From Octopus sinensis (lineage: Eukaryota), in assembly GCF_006345805.1 (NCBI RefSeq), contig NC_043015.1, positions 17,546,001 through 17,610,000 on the forward strand: DNA of 64,000 bases. The letters are read 5' to 3'. Within the stretch, counting starts at the first letter, position 1. Every line of letters starts with the position of its first letter. Both the position numbers and the translations under genes were made by a program. The notes under the pieces were generated by a model. It saw nothing but the letters and a program-made list of their open reading frames with translations, made no database searches and was not told the DNA's origin. Positions 1 through 14,172 of the stretch are shown here, piece after piece.

Positions 1-625
1 TGCAGGATGGTTTCATCGCCCTGTGCACATCTCGGACAGGTCATCACTCTTTCTCTCCACGAATCCTCTAGAGAACTCCATAGTGGAACTTCCCCCGACC
101 ACGTTGCCCGACTGACAGAAGGCCGTGAGCACTTGCCGACACTCCGGGTGTCAAGTGTCCTTTCTTGGTCTGCGCATGACCCAGGATTGTAGTTCCATCA
201 ATAAGACAAGCTGCAGAAAGTTTCATTTGACGAACGGCAACCATACCTGCTCACCGTTAAGGAAACGCTGGAGATGTCGCATCCTCATCACACGTCTGCG
301 CATGATTAACCACGACATGCCCAGTCCTCCACACAGCAGCTGTTGACGAGCGGAACACATCCCATCCATAGAAAGTGGAAGAGCAGGTGCTCCAAATTTA
401 TCAACTACGAAGTGCGGCAAGGGACGACGGTCAGGCGGTAGTAGATAACGGAAGTGGTGTACGCATTCACCACCTCCGCCCGACCCTTCAGGGACAGCTT
501 CCTCTCTGTCCATTTCTGGATGAGACTGGCTACCCTGCTCGGCACCTCCTCCCATTTCTTGTCCACCTGGAGGTCTTGTCCAAACCAGACCCCGAGCAAA
601 GTGGCGTCTGGAACCTGGCGTCACT
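1..625 (-). mobile_element. L1/Tx1-clade non-LTR retrotransposon fragment (region just C-terminal of RT), degenerate
   Basis: ORF 405..599(-) LGVWFG...KWTERKLSLKGRAEVVNAY matches the Tx1/L1 'W..R.LSL.GR..VVN' post-RT motif; frameshifted and runs off the window start. Confidence 0.7.
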
Positions 626-844
626 ACATATCTATATTTGCAGCTGCAATAACGCTTATATTTACAATTCTTACCTTACTCTCATCCCAAGTAGAGGCAA
701 CAATTTTAACATGTTTGAATGATGATAGGTTAAAAGCGAGAACAACCGTCATGCCATGTCTGTTATCAAACGATGACGGAAACCTTTTCAGGTGCTGAAT
801 ATCAACTCTCCTTTCCATGTTTCCTCCCACATCCCTTTCCCAGT

Positions 845-2245
845 TTTCAGTGTAGCACTTTAAATGCAGGCACATTGAAATGTAAGTCTAACGAAATTGT
901 AGAGATGCTTGAACGGAGGCATGTTGATGCATGTTGCATCCAAGACGTAAGGTGAAGAGGAGCTTCAGCGAGGTTCCTCAAACGTAAGACACATAGGTAT
1001 AAAATCTTCTGGGAAGGTAACAGTGACGGAGTATGTGTTGTGGGCATACTTCTTGCAGAGAAATTGGTAGATAAGGCCATAGAGGTAGTCAGAGAGTATG
1101 ATAGAGTACATAAGTTCAGGCTAGACTTGCAGCTACAATTATATCTGCCTACACCCCACAAGCGGGCCTACTAAATGAACAGAATGATCACGTTGATGAT
1201 ATTCTTCTGCAGGCTACCTCAAAGACGAGGGACAATGATCTCATCTTCGTGGCTGGGGATTTCAATGGGCGTGTCGGACGGTAGCCTGGTATCTTCCATG
1301 GTGTTCATGGAGGCAATGGAATTGGTTCCCGAAACGAAGAGGGAAAAAGGATCCTGGAGTTCTGTGATGCAAATAACCTTTTCGTCTGCAACATCAACTT
1401 TAGGAAGCTAGCCAGCCACCTGATAACCTATCAATCAGGTGATTCTGCTAGCCAGATCGGTCTCGTTGTCACTAAATAGCAGAATACATGGTTGCTCTTA
1501 AATACAAAGACTCTCCATGGTGAAGAAGGTACCCCTAGCAAAGACTAGTCATTAGTGACTTTGGACTTGAGACCAGAAGGATGCCAAGAAGCAGATCAAT
1601 CTGGAAAAGAAGGATTTGGAAGCTTCATGTGGACAGAGATTTAGGGACAACCTCATTAAGAAATTTGATGAGGGGGAGGAGGAGCTACAGACTTGTGACA
1701 TAGAGGGCAACTGGGGGTTCCTGCGAGACAGCTTACTGAGTGCCACAGACTAAATCTGTGGTTGGTGCAGAGTCCCTTCCAGACCTAGGGTAACGTGATG
1801 ATGAAACAATACTGTAGACAGGGCCATTAGAGCAAAGAAACAGGCCTAGAAGACTTGGAAGAGTGGGGATAGCAGGGAACTGTATCAGATGGCCAGAAGG
1901 GAAGCTAGGAAACAGGTATATCTAGCCAAGAGAGAAGCAGAAAAGAAGAGGTTTGCCTATGTTCAGCGTCATGAAGACCAAAGAACTGAAGTATTTCGGA
2001 TTGCAAGACAAGTGTGTGAGAGAAAATTGTGTTGTCATAGGAGAAGAATGTGGCTGTATAGATGATGGTTGCCTTGCGTCTAATGGTTCTTCAAAGAAAG
2101 AGGCTAGGAGATGCCAATTTGAAAGACTACTGAATGTGGAGAATGAATGAGGAGGAGAGTCTGCCAAATTTTGAACCAATTAAGAGACCAGTTACCTGAA
2201 TCGACAGTACCCTGGTAGATAAAGCAATTAAGGATATAAAAGATA
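845..2245 (+). mobile_element. RTE-clade LINE fragment (APE endonuclease and linker), pseudogenised
   Basis: STLNAGTL...EIVEMLERRHVDACCIQDVR; AGDFNG motif at ~1252; multiple stops. Same family as 55840-57330 (shared gagacagcttactgag and gaggctaggagatgc segments). Confidence 0.8.
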
Positions 2246-2366
2246 TGATTTATAAAAACATGTAACATACTAATAAATATCTGTAAATATAAAATCATCC
2301 AGATTTCTGAGTACCTCATTTCTTCTAATATATATATGTATATATATCTACATATATGTGTGTGTA

Positions 2367-2415
<49 letters not shown>

Positions 2416-2421
<6 letters not shown>

Positions 2422-3465
2422 GGTTCAACTTAAGGACAGAGCCGGCGACCTACTTTTGGGAATGAATCCATTGTTCTGCCAGATGCGGGTTGATTAATTA
2501 GCTCTGGGGAAACTCCCCGACCCTTTCAGGTGAATTAGAGTTCAGTTTGTGAGAGGCAGTCGGCATTTGGGATTCAAGGCAAGCAGTCGGCATTTGGGAT
2601 TCAGGGCAAGCAGTTGGCAGTTTGGATTTAGCAGTGGCTGTTCTGCTGGTGACAGTGTACTGAGAGATGACAGGAAGACAGTCGTGAGAGAGTGAACAGT
2701 TGGGATTGTACAGCGAGTTAGTAGTGGTTTGTTCTGCTGTGACAGAGAGAGATATACAGAGGATTAGGCAGCTAATAGAGAGGGACTACAATGTGAGGCA
2801 TAGGCTGATGTAACGGTATGTGTTAATTGTATGTTTTGATATGTGAAGAAAAAGAAGGAAAAAGAATCGATGTATTGAAATGTAAAAGAAATGAACATTG
2901 TTTATGTTGTTGACGGTTATAAAGAAAAGGCTAAAGAGAACTGTGTAAAGACATTGTGTACAGAGTTGTTGAAAAGAAAGGCTCTGTTGTAGTCTGAAAA
3001 GTCTTTAATGAACATTGAACTGTATATGCCTTTAATGTAATGTGAACTGTTGTGAATTGAACATTGATTTGTAACGTGAACTTATTTGTCTATGAACATT
3101 GTATAATGCATTGATGGTTTGAGTCGATGTGTATATTGCATCTGCATGCTGTTGATTCTGTTGCTTGTATCTACCTGATGTATCACATTGTATTTGTTGT
3201 TGTAATAGTCATATAAACTAGTAGGTTAAATGTAAGCCAATTGCCTTCCGCTGTGTTTCTTTGTGCCTCTGTGTCTCTTTCTGCTGCCGTTGTTGTTGTT
3301 GTTATCTCTCTCCTCTCTGGATTCCGTGGCGAACATTCGATCGTGGCGAACTATCGATCGATCGGGACTGGTTAATCGTCGTCGCTCGACTTGTTGGGAT
3401 CCCGGGTGACGAGTTCGAGCGACGGCAGGTGGGATTCCGTAGCAACTTTCGGAGGTCCCGTAACA
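2416..3465. mobile_element. Probable solo LTR (~1050 bp) inserted in (TA)n
   Basis: Starts TGTT and ends AACA, with ATAT on both flanks; non-coding; internal ~27-bp tandem repeats (gcagtcggcatttgggattca) at ~2557-2630. Confidence 0.5.
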
Positions 3466-3627
3466 ATATATATATTCAGTAAAAGCAATTAAGATTCAAG
3501 TGAGTTCTGTTGAATTCACATGAATGCGGTACTTAACTTAGATGCATCAGAAATCTATATTGTATTAACCATAAGATAATGCGGGGTGATTATAAACAAG
3601 AAAAAAGCAACAAAAATGGATCAATAT

Positions 3628-3716
3628 TTCGGTACAATTGTTTCGTACGAAGACCAGCTTTATTAAGGCTGCAAATATTGCAGTGAATATAAGTGACCCG
3701 TACTCATCAGCCGAAA
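3628..3716 (-). ncRNA. Type I hammerhead ribozyme (inverted pLTR copy)
   Basis: Reverse-complement copy of the 5136-5225 motif. Confidence 0.8.
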
Positions 3717-5135
3717 AAACATCTGAGTTCTCCAAACATCTAAGGGGGTGAGGTTACACTCCTAAAACATCAGGGATTGTTCTATAAAAATCAAATTTAG
3801 ATAACAAACGGACTTCCAAAGTTTTTTAATGTTGCACAGTCATATAACAGGTTTTAAAAAAGTATTTTAAAAAACCTCTTAGTTTCCCAGAAAATGAAAA
3901 TGTAAATCCATCCATATTGAAGTAAGTTTGATTTCTGGAGATATGAGGAGAGATTTCATACTCACAGACGATGCATTTATCCATAATTAGTCCATAATAA
4001 AGTGTGTTTCCTGATGTATGATGATATACTGGTTACATTTCTGAAAATTTCTCAAAACTGCTATGTTAGAATTCTATTTGTTGAAGGAAAGTTAGTGGAG
4101 CGTAGAGACAATCACTCACATAGGGTATAATGGGGTAACTGATAGGGGAAGGGGATGTAAATATCCAACTACGCAGAATAGTTTATTTCAGTGGAGACAA
4201 ACTGACTGATTCAGAATTTGCAAGAATCTAAGAGCTTTAAGGAGGAATGCTAATCTTGACCAGTATACCGTCGTTAATTGCTAACGTACCATTTCGATGT
4301 CAAGCAGAAAAAGAACACTCAAGTAAGGAATATCGATAACAACTTCGGCAGAATATTTAGAAGCAGAAAGAGTCCACCTCCGAACCTACTCCTGGAAAAT
4401 TTCGAAAAGGATTTACTGAATCTCATAGAAGAGATTAGATTCAAGGAACACCCATTAAGATACAACCCCCACCTCAAGCATCTCAGTAAATTTATTCATT
4501 CAACCCAGAACAAGCAAGGAATACTAGTACCAGCGGATAAAACTGGCAATCTGCATAGAGTAGATTATACACTTTACAGCAAGCTAATTAAGAAAGAGCT
4601 CAACTCCAAATACAAAATTACTACTAAGCGAAATTTAAAAGAAACAAACCTGGAAATGAAGGAAATTATGGAAAGATAATTTAACGGATAGAACAGAACC
4701 GCTTATACCGTGTAAACCTAGAATTAGCCTTAAGGACCACAAAAGGAATTTCATGGAAAACCCGTCGGTAAGGCTTATTTGTCCAACTAAGTCAGATATT
4801 GGCCGACTTAGTAAATCTATCCTTGACATTGTTCTACCCCAAATAACCCCGCTTCTTCCCTTAAGTCTATGGGTAAATACCGATGAAGTATTAAAATGGT
4901 TTAACTCCCTAACCAATACTAATAATCTGGCCTTTATTCAATTCGACATAAATAAATCACTTATATTCGCTATGAATCGCTCCCTCATATCTTTTTTAAA
5001 ACCTGTTATATGACTGTACAACATTAAAAAACTTTGGAAGTCCGTTTGTTATCTAATTTGATTTTTATAGAACAATCCCTGATGTTTCAGGAGTGTAACC
5101 TCACCTCCTTAGATGTTTGGAGAACTCAGATGTTT

Positions 5136-5225
5136 TTTCGGCTGATGAGTACGGGTCACTTATATTTACTGCAATATTTGCAGCCTTAATAAAGCTGGTC
5201 TTTGTACGAAACAATTGTACCGAAA
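5136..5225 (+). ncRNA. Type I hammerhead ribozyme with extended stem II and palindromic stem III
   Basis: tttcgg-CTGATGA-gtac...gtac-GAAA-caattg-TA-ccgaaa: canonical core, stem I tttcgg/ccgaaa, stem II gtac/gtac, self-complementary CAATTG. Confidence 0.85.
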
Positions 5226-5253
5226 TATTGATCCATTTTTGTTGCTTTTTTCT

Positions 5254-5311
<58 letters not shown>

Positions 5312-5336
5312 GTATATATATATGTAATATATAATA

Positions 5337-5390
<54 letters not shown>

Positions 5391-5443
5391 TACATGTATA
5401 TATATGTATATGTATATATATAGTATGTATAATATAAATATAT

Positions 5444-5505
<62 letters not shown>

Positions 5506-5562
5506 GTTATATATGTATACCTATGTATCTATCTAATATATAATATATATATATATATATAT

Positions 5563-7285
5563 AAGAAAAAGGTTTGAAAATGCAATTTAAACGATGTTTA
5601 TTTACTTAACCGGTTTCACTCTTTGGTAAAGATTGTCAAAAGTTACATTTAAGGAAACATTGAATAAATGGGTTCAAAAAATTTTTTACATAATTGTCAC
5701 ATTGAATATTATGCATTCAAAAAAGTTTTTACATAATTGTCACATTGGATATTATGAATTCAAAAATGTTTTTTTATACATAATTGTCACATACATGTAT
5801 AAATATAGTGTTTGGTAACAGAGAAGTTCAATGTGTGATGAGAATATTTGGAAAATTTGGCAGAAAAGGATAAAACCAATATATTATTGGGAATTGGTTG
5901 CGTTAATTATTGGTTGTCGCAAATTGTCACATTACATGTATATATATACATCTTTGGTATATATATACAACCCTTTGACAGCAAAAATAAAATGGATTTT
6001 TTATACATCTCAGAATATTTTAAGTACAAGGCGAGAATATGTTTTTACTGACCTGTCGGTATTAGCAGAAGGCTGGACTGAGAGAACAAGGAAGTAGCCA
6101 ATGTGGTGTATACTTCCCCTTTATGCATGAACGATTTTGGGGTTATCAGGAGGTTAGTATGCGGTGTTGAATAGATGTGTCCGTGCCCGCTGGTCAGATA
6201 GCGTCTGTTTGTCACACACATATACACACACCCACACACACACACACCACAACACACAACACACACACACACATAGTAAACAAACACACACCACATACAC
6301 CACCCACCCACACAACACACACACAACCACACACACACACCCACACACAAACGCACCCACATATATCACATATACACACAGCACACAAATATAATGTATC
6401 TATATATAACATACACAGATTATAACACACATACACACACAACACAACACACACACCCACACCCACACATCACACGCACAATACATACATAATATAAATA
6501 TCACACAAATACACCTAGCATATATATAACACACACAATACACACATACAGCATGTAAGTAATATACATACACAATATATGCATGCAATATACATACGCA
6601 GTACATACATATAATATTATATATAGATAATGCATATACATATATACACATACATATAAATAGTGTTACATACACATACATAGATGTACCACATATACAC
6701 ACAATACACATACATACAACGCATACACATACACGTACGCATACATATAATATATATATACACACACACACACATAACATACATACACAATGTATACATA
6801 TATATATACACGCAATGCACATACATGTATTCATGCATATATAGCACACCTACAATATACATATATACAATGCACACATACACACACATATATACACTTA
6901 ATTGTACACATACATATACAATACACATACATACAATATACATATACACAATGCGCATGCAAATAATGTACATGTTTATACACACATAAACAAGCAAATA
7001 AATATACACACACACACATACACACACACACATATATATACACATATATATATATATATTACACACATACATACTACATACATGCACATACATATATTTT
7101 TTCACACACATACACATACATATATATATATATAAAAAATTACCCCCCCCCCACACACCACAATTACAAACCTATAGCGTACACACTCAAATATATCTCT
7201 ACATGCCGCACACACACACAAACAAAGTACTACATATACACACATACCATGCATATACACACACAACAACACACCCACACAACAC

Positions 7286-7323
<38 letters not shown>

Positions 7324-7541
7324 AAATACACATGTAAATACATACATACGTACGTAATGCTCACACACACACACACACACATACACACACCCCGCACACA
7401 GTGCACACCACACATATATACACACGTGCACACACACATACACACAACGCGCGCGCACACACACATATACACACACACGCACACAGTGCACACACACACA
7501 CACACATATATATTACACCCGCGCACACACACACACAACGT

Positions 7542-7585
<44 letters not shown>

Positions 7586-8292
7586 ACATACATCACCTAC
7601 ATATATAATGCATGCGTGTGCATGCCACGTATGTGTGCGGTCAATGCCCGCTAGTGTGTCCTATGCGTGCCGATGCGCGCATGTGCCCGCCCGCACGATA
7701 TGCTGTGAGCGTGCGCGCGTCCCTGTGTGCTTGCTCTGGATGTGTTTCCAGGGGGTATGTTAGAGTATGTTTAGTTGTGGTCTGTATTTTTGAATAAGAT
7801 TACTTTCCTTATTTATTCGTGTTTGGTCTGTGGTGTTGTCCGAGCATTGGTATAGTGGGAAGACTAAGAATTTGGGGGGACTTATTGTGTGCACAAAGGT
7901 CTAAGTGTCCACTTAGTGGTATCTGTCTTGTGGAGGGGTCCCTCAGTTGTTGTCGGTGAACTGTCATTCTGTCTCTGAGGGTAAGGCTCGTTTGCCCTAT
8001 GTAGTCTTCGTGCATCCTTCACACCTTATGACGTAGAGTAAATTTTTTGATGCGCACGTGAAATTATTTTTTATGATGAATGTGTGTCCCGAGTGGAACT
8101 TGTACGATGATCCCTCAATGAGGTGGATGCAGGTCTTGCAGTTGGGGCGACCACATTTTTTGATGGTGGGCGGTGGGTTTGTGTTGTGTAATTTTGCGTT
8201 GGTGAGGAGGTTTTTTAGGGATTTAGGTTGTCTCTTACTTTTATTATTTTATGAGCTGCCAGTATTTTTTTTCAGGCGTGGGTCTTGATTTA
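5563..8292 (-). mobile_element. 5'-truncated Neptune-like Penelope element (GIY-YIG end plus microsatellite-rich 3' UTR); left arm of a 5.3-kb palindrome
   Basis: Minus strand ~8292-7765 encodes KKCGRPNCKTC, EDYIGQTSLTLRDRMTVHRQQ (GIY-YIG); (CA)/(TA) 3' UTR. Confidence 0.85.
5604..5643 (-). ncRNA. Degenerate minimal hammerhead-like motif (U3:A8 core)
   Basis: Reverse-complement copy of 10751-10791. Confidence 0.4.
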
Positions 8293-8299
8293 GTTGATT

Positions 8300-9248
8300 T
8301 AAATCAAGACCCACGCCTGAAAAAATACTGGCAGCTCATAAAATAATAAAAAGTAAGAGACACCTAAATCCCTAAAAAACCTCCTCACCAACGCAAAATT
8401 AACAACACAAACCACCGCCCACCATCAAAAATGTGGTCGCCCAACTGCAAGACCTGCATCCACCTCATTGAGGGATCATCGTACAAGTTCCACTCGGGCA
8501 CACATTCATCATAAAAAATAATTTCACGTGCGCATCAAAAAATTTACTCTACGTCATAAGGTGTGAAGGATGCCACGAAGACTACATAGGGCAAACGAGC
8601 CTTACCCTCAGAGACAGAATGACAGTTCACGACAACAACTGAGGGACCCCTCCACAAGACAGATACCACTAGTGGACACTTAGACCTTTGTGCACACAAT
8701 AAGTCCCCCAAATTCTTAGTCTTCCCACTATACCAATGCTCGGACAACACCACAGACCAAACACGAATAAATAAGGAAAGTAATCTTATTCAAAAATACA
8801 GACCACAACTAAACATACTCTAACATACCCCCTGGAACACATCCAGAGCAAGCACACAGGGAACGCGCACGCTCACAGCATATCGTGCGGGCGGAACATG
8901 CGCGCATCGGCACGCATAGGACACACTAGCGGGCATTGACCGCACACATACGTGCATGCACACGCATGCATTATATATATGTAGGTGATGTATGTGTGTG
9001 AGTGTTGTGTGTGTGTGTGTGTGTGTGTGCACGTTGTGTGTGTGTGTGCGCGGGTGTATATATATATGTTGTGTGTGTGTGTGCACTGTGTGCGTGTGTG
9101 TGTATATGTGTGTGTGCGCGCACGTTGTGTGTATGTGTGTGTGCACGTGTGTATATATATGTGTGTGTGTGCACTGTGTGCGGGTGTGTGTGTATGTGTG
9201 TGTGTGTGTGAGCATTGTGTACGTATGTATGTATTTACATGTGTATTT

Positions 9249-9294
<46 letters not shown>

Positions 9295-10866
9295 ATGTGT
9301 GTGAAAAAATATATGTATGTGCATGTATGTATGTATGTATGTGTGTATATATATATATATATATGTGTATATATATGTGTGTCTGTGTATGTGTGTGTGT
9401 GTATATGTATTTGCTTGTTTATGTGTGTATAACATGTACATTATTTGCATGCGCATTGTGTATATGTATATTGTATGTATGTGTATTGTATATGTATGTG
9501 TACAATTAGTGTATATATGTGGTGTATGTGTGCATTGTATATATGTATATTGTAGGTGTGCTATATATGCATGAATACATGTATGTGCATTGCGTGTATA
9601 TATATGTATACATTGTGTATGTATGTTATGTGTGTGTGTGTATATATATATTATATGTATGCGTACGTGTATGTGTATGCGTTGTATGTATGTGTATTGT
9701 GTGTATATGTGGTACATCTATGTATGTGTATGTAAACACTATTTATATGTATATGTGTATATATGTAATAGCATTATCTATATATATATATTATATGTAT
9801 GTACTGCGTATGTATATTGCATGCATATATTGTGTATGTATATTACTTACATGCTGTATGTGTGTATTGTATGTGTGTATATATAGCTAGGTGTATTTGT
9901 GTGATATTTATATTATGTATGTATGTGTGCTGTGTTGTGTGTGTGTGTGTGTGTGGTGTGTGTGTTGTGTGTGTATGTGTGTTATATATCTGTGTATGTT
10001 ATATATAGATACATATTATATTTGTGTGCTGTGTGTATATGTGATATATGTGGGTGCGTTGTGTGTGGTGTGTGTGTTCTGTGTGTGTGTGTGGTGTTTT
10101 TTGTATGTGGTGTGTGTTTGTTTACTATGTGTGTGTGTGTGTGTGTTGTTGTGTGTGTGTGTGTGTATATAGTGTGTGACAACAGACGCTATCTGACCAG
10201 CGGGCACGGACCCATCTATTCACACCCGCATACTAACCTCCTGATAACCCCAAGATCGTTCATGCATAAAGGGGAAGTATACACCACATTGGCTACTTCC
10301 TCTGTTCTCTCAGTCCAGCCTTTCTGCTAATACCGACAGGTCAGTAAAAACATATTCTCGCCTTGTACTTAAAATATTCTGAGATGTATAAAAATCCATT
10401 TTATTTTTGCTGTCAAAAGGCGTATATATATACCAAAGATTGTATATATATACATGTAATGTGACAATTTGCGACAACCAATAATTAACGCAACCAATTC
10501 CCAATAATATATTTGTTTTATCCTTTTCTGCCAAATTTTCCCAAATATTCTCATCACACTATTGAACTTCTCTGTTACCAAACACTATATTTATACATGT
10601 AATGTGACAATTATGTATAAAAAAAACATTTTTGAATTCATAATATCCAATGTGACAATTGTTAAAACTTTTTTGAATGCATAATATTCAATGTGACATT
10701 ATTTAAAAACTTTTTTTGAACCCATATTATTCAATGTTTCCTTAAATGTAACTTTTGACAATCTTTTACCAAAGAGTGAAACCGGTTAAGTAAATAAACA
10801 TCGTTAAATTGCATTTTCAAACCTTTTTTCTTATATAATCCACTCGTGCGATACCCCACAACTCAA

Positions 10867-10870
<4 letters not shown>
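8300..10870 (+). mobile_element. Same 5'-truncated Penelope element in opposite orientation; right arm of the palindrome
   Basis: Reverse complement of 5563-8292 with small indels; lacks the ~7135-7290 segment; extends ~35 nt further at the 3' end. Confidence 0.85.
10751..10791 (+). ncRNA. Degenerate minimal hammerhead-like motif (U3:A8 core)
   Basis: actt-TTGACAA-tcttt(tacc)aaaga-gt-GAAA-ccgg-TT-aagt then AATAAA; base of stem II is imperfect. Confidence 0.4.
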
Positions 10871-10937
<67 letters not shown>

Positions 10938-11581
10938 ATATATATATATATATATTATATTCTATATATTATATATCTATATAAGATATATTTCTATATA
11001 TATATATTATATATAATATATATATATATATGTATATTATATATATGTGTATATTTACCCCTCCGCAAAAAGTCTTTTTAATTTCTCCATTCATGCAAAG
11101 CCACATATTTGAGTTCAAGTCCTTGATACATTTTATACTATTGCTATTTTTTTTGTTATATTACGATTAATTACCTTTTAATAAAATAAAATATATTTAA
11201 TTATACTTACTATATTTACTATATTTAATTCAATTGTTATTATAACCTCTAACTTTTATTGCAATTTTTTTTCTAAATTTCTATAGGAACGTCGAGTGGA
11301 TCTTATACGTACAATATATTTTTAGATGATGTTTATATATTTATATATTACTATATATTTCTAAACGTCGGGCTTTATGTCTGTTCTGTAGATATAATGA
11401 ATATATGAATATATGTATGTGTTTGATCTTTCTGTGGATTTTGTAGTGATGTAGTTGCTGCTCGCATTGCCTCCCTTGGATTAAAAAGTGTATACAGCTC
11501 ATTTGAGCACTACTATTCCAGTCTGTTATATTTTTGAGCGTTGTTGTCACTAACGATCTCAAGATATAATTTTTATATTTG

Positions 11582-11624
<43 letters not shown>

Positions 11625-11628
<4 letters not shown>

Positions 11629-13337
11629 CCTATACATACAATAGAGAGATGTTTTTGTTTCACTTTTAACACGTAATACTGAAATAGTGGAGAAGACATG
11701 ATATTGCTGTGGACTCGCTCTAGGCAAGAAGTTAAACATTTTTTGCCCATGACATTAAGTAAGTGAAGTAGAAGAGGTTAGAAAGGGTCAAGTGGGGAAG
11801 ACATTATTTTAGCCTAGCTAATGGCATCTGGGAAAAGTAAAACTGCTGTCAGGGAAAAAAACATTGTTCCATCGTGGGAAAAGTTCTGTAGCAGTCTTGA
11901 TTCAAATTTGGCTATGTTGGATCGAATCCGCTTCATGCATGCAAGATTCGCTACACACACTCCCCCGCTAGTGAGCTTCCTGGTAAGGAAACGATCGATC
12001 GAAGGAGAAAAAGAAATGCATGGTAAATGCCTTGGAATGTTTTTGAGTAGTGAAATGCGTCTGGTGCTGTTGTGGTTAATTGCTGAGATAGCAAGGACGA
12101 CATTCTAAGCATGCTGGAGTAATGCACGAGACAGATAATTTGCTCTGTTAATTACGTGACCAAACAGGGGTCTAACAGGGGTAAATTATGTCTAAACATG
12201 AGCGCAGAGCATGTGATCATCCGACGTGCTTCGAGTCGGGAGAAGAATTGAGCTGACACATACGAGTATTGCAAACAAGGCAGTAGATGCATAAAATACA
12301 GTGTACAGTATTGAATATGCCAGTGATAAAAGCAGTAGGGCTGAGGCTGTCAGCCGGTGCATGAGGTACTATATGCCTCGATCGTGCAGGAACAAAAGTG
12401 CGGCATGCTGGCGCGTTGTGAAGGACAAACAACTTTCTCTATGTATGCGTGACCGACCTAGGGTCTTACAGGGATGAGTTGTGTCTACAAGGGCGCATTG
12501 GGCATGAAAAACAAGCGAGAAAAGCATGAGAAAAGACAGAGATAGAGTTTGTGTGGTATGAATCATGTGTGCAAATGCGTGCGTAAGGCCAGGCGCTGAG
12601 GAAAGGTGCATGCGTGTGTGTACGTAATAATACAAACATTTTCAAAGTGAACGATAAATATTACATGCAAAATATGAATAATAAAATAGGCAAAAATAAC
12701 AAACTTAACTGAAAATAGTGTCCTTTGTTAAAAAGTCTACAGCTGAAAATGAATATATGTGCATGCAAACAAAAAGAGTTGTTGAAAGTCTATGTGAGAG
12801 TCTTATGTACGTGCAAAAGTTCATAGACAATGCAGGGTTTGTACGTCAGGACGAGACGAAAAGCGTGTGTGTGCCGAAAAGGTTGCATGTGCGGGCTTTC
12901 GTATTTTCTTCCAGTTAGTTTCTGGACATGAAGCTGTTGAAATGTTGCGCTTATAGGCTTTCATGGTCGGCGAATACCTTGGGAGTCGGCAGTGTTGCAT
13001 TGTGAAGTGCATCGTAGATTGCATTGCAGTATAGTGCTTTCTGTAGCAGGTCGCTGGAGGGTGCATCTTGGTGGAGACGAAGGTTGTCATTTTTTTCTTT
13101 TGGTTTAGCGACTGTAGATATTCTAGTTCTTTAGTTCGCATCAGTAAAAATGCAGCATCGGAAGGTAGTAATTATAAGCGATGATATTGCAGTTTCAGAG
13201 GGCAACAATTCTTTTTCTTACGAGGTCACCAATATAACGGCAGAGGATTTTAGTTGTAACGTTTTTATAATTGTAACGATAATAATTTGTGGTTATAATT
13301 GCATCATGTAAAATGTCTTAGATAAACAACCCGCGCG

Positions 13338-13340
<3 letters not shown>
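11625..13340. other. Unclassified non-coding, GC-richer segment bounded by microsatellites (probable unknown repeat)
   Basis: No recognisable protein; diverged internal duplication (~12107-12200 vs ~12401-12495). Confidence 0.3.
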
Positions 13341-13380
<40 letters not shown>

Positions 13381-13381
<1 letters not shown>

Positions 13382-14006
13382 CTAATATAGGATGAAATTT
13401 TTTTACAGAAAAAATTTCATCAAAAAGTGGCAGCATATTAAAATAACTTTATGGTTAAAATTATAAACAACTTATAAACAAGGGCCAAAGAAAATTAATT
13501 CCTATGCCAATATGCTGGTAACAGACTTTTAAATCGTCAATTTCCACATATTATATACCCGCTACAGAAATACGTTGTGCTGAAATCAAGGGAAGCTAGC
13601 CAACAGAATTTTTTTTTAAAGTTCGTTATTTCTATATTGAATCAATTTCGGAATTAATCTCATAATAGATTTTTTCCTCGTCAGTAGAAAATACGAATAG
13701 AAATAAATGAAATACTTACATGCGCCCATGGAAAAAAACCCGAAGCAAAAAAAAATGAGTACACATAAGTACCCCAGATGTATCTAAATACAAAATCCTT
13801 TGGTCAGCCTCAGCACACGTGTGAACTGTTCTCTACTACAGCTTATAGTGATTACCAGTCCCCATAGTAAATAGTAATAAATCTACTACTAATATAGGAT
13901 GAAGTTTTTTTACAGAAAAAATTTCATCAAAAAAGTGGCAGCATATTAAAATACCTTTAAGGTTAAAATTATAAACAACTTATAAACAAGGGCAAAAGAA
14001 AATTAA
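13381..14006. repeat. ~120-bp direct repeat pair (13381-13498, 13887-14006), pLTR-like, each carrying a hairpin
   Basis: actaatataggatgaa...aaagaaaattaa occurs twice, ~507 bp apart. Confidence 0.75.
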
Positions 14007-14172
14007 GCAACAAAGAAAGCTCGGCGTGCATCTAAAACCGAACATCAACGAAATGCACAACTTGCAGATAGCCAACAAAAAATGATATTGACCTTTCTTC
14101 AACTTCACTTATTACATAGTTTTCTCTTCTAAAAATGCACACATACAGGAGGAGTGAATTATACATATAATA

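Larger units (their letters stand above)
3478..5256 (+). mobile_element. Internally deleted Naiad-like Penelope-like element with inverted ~265-bp pseudo-LTRs
   Basis: 3597-3862 is the reverse complement of 4991-5256. Between them is an RT N-terminus (PADKTGNL; RISLKDHK..F..NPSVRLICPTKSDIGRLSK; WVNTDEVLKWF; FIQFDI). Confidence 0.8.

Noticed and set aside
2557-2640. CRISPR-like short repeats
   Set aside because: Head-to-tail ~27-bp tandem units without unique spacers, in a eukaryotic LTR-like context with no cas genes
6045-10330. Dozens of Y/I/C/V/H/T-rich ORFs (also 28800-30300, 34670-35500, 39900-42480)
   Set aside because: They are translations of (TA)n/(CA)n/(TACA)n microsatellites, not genes
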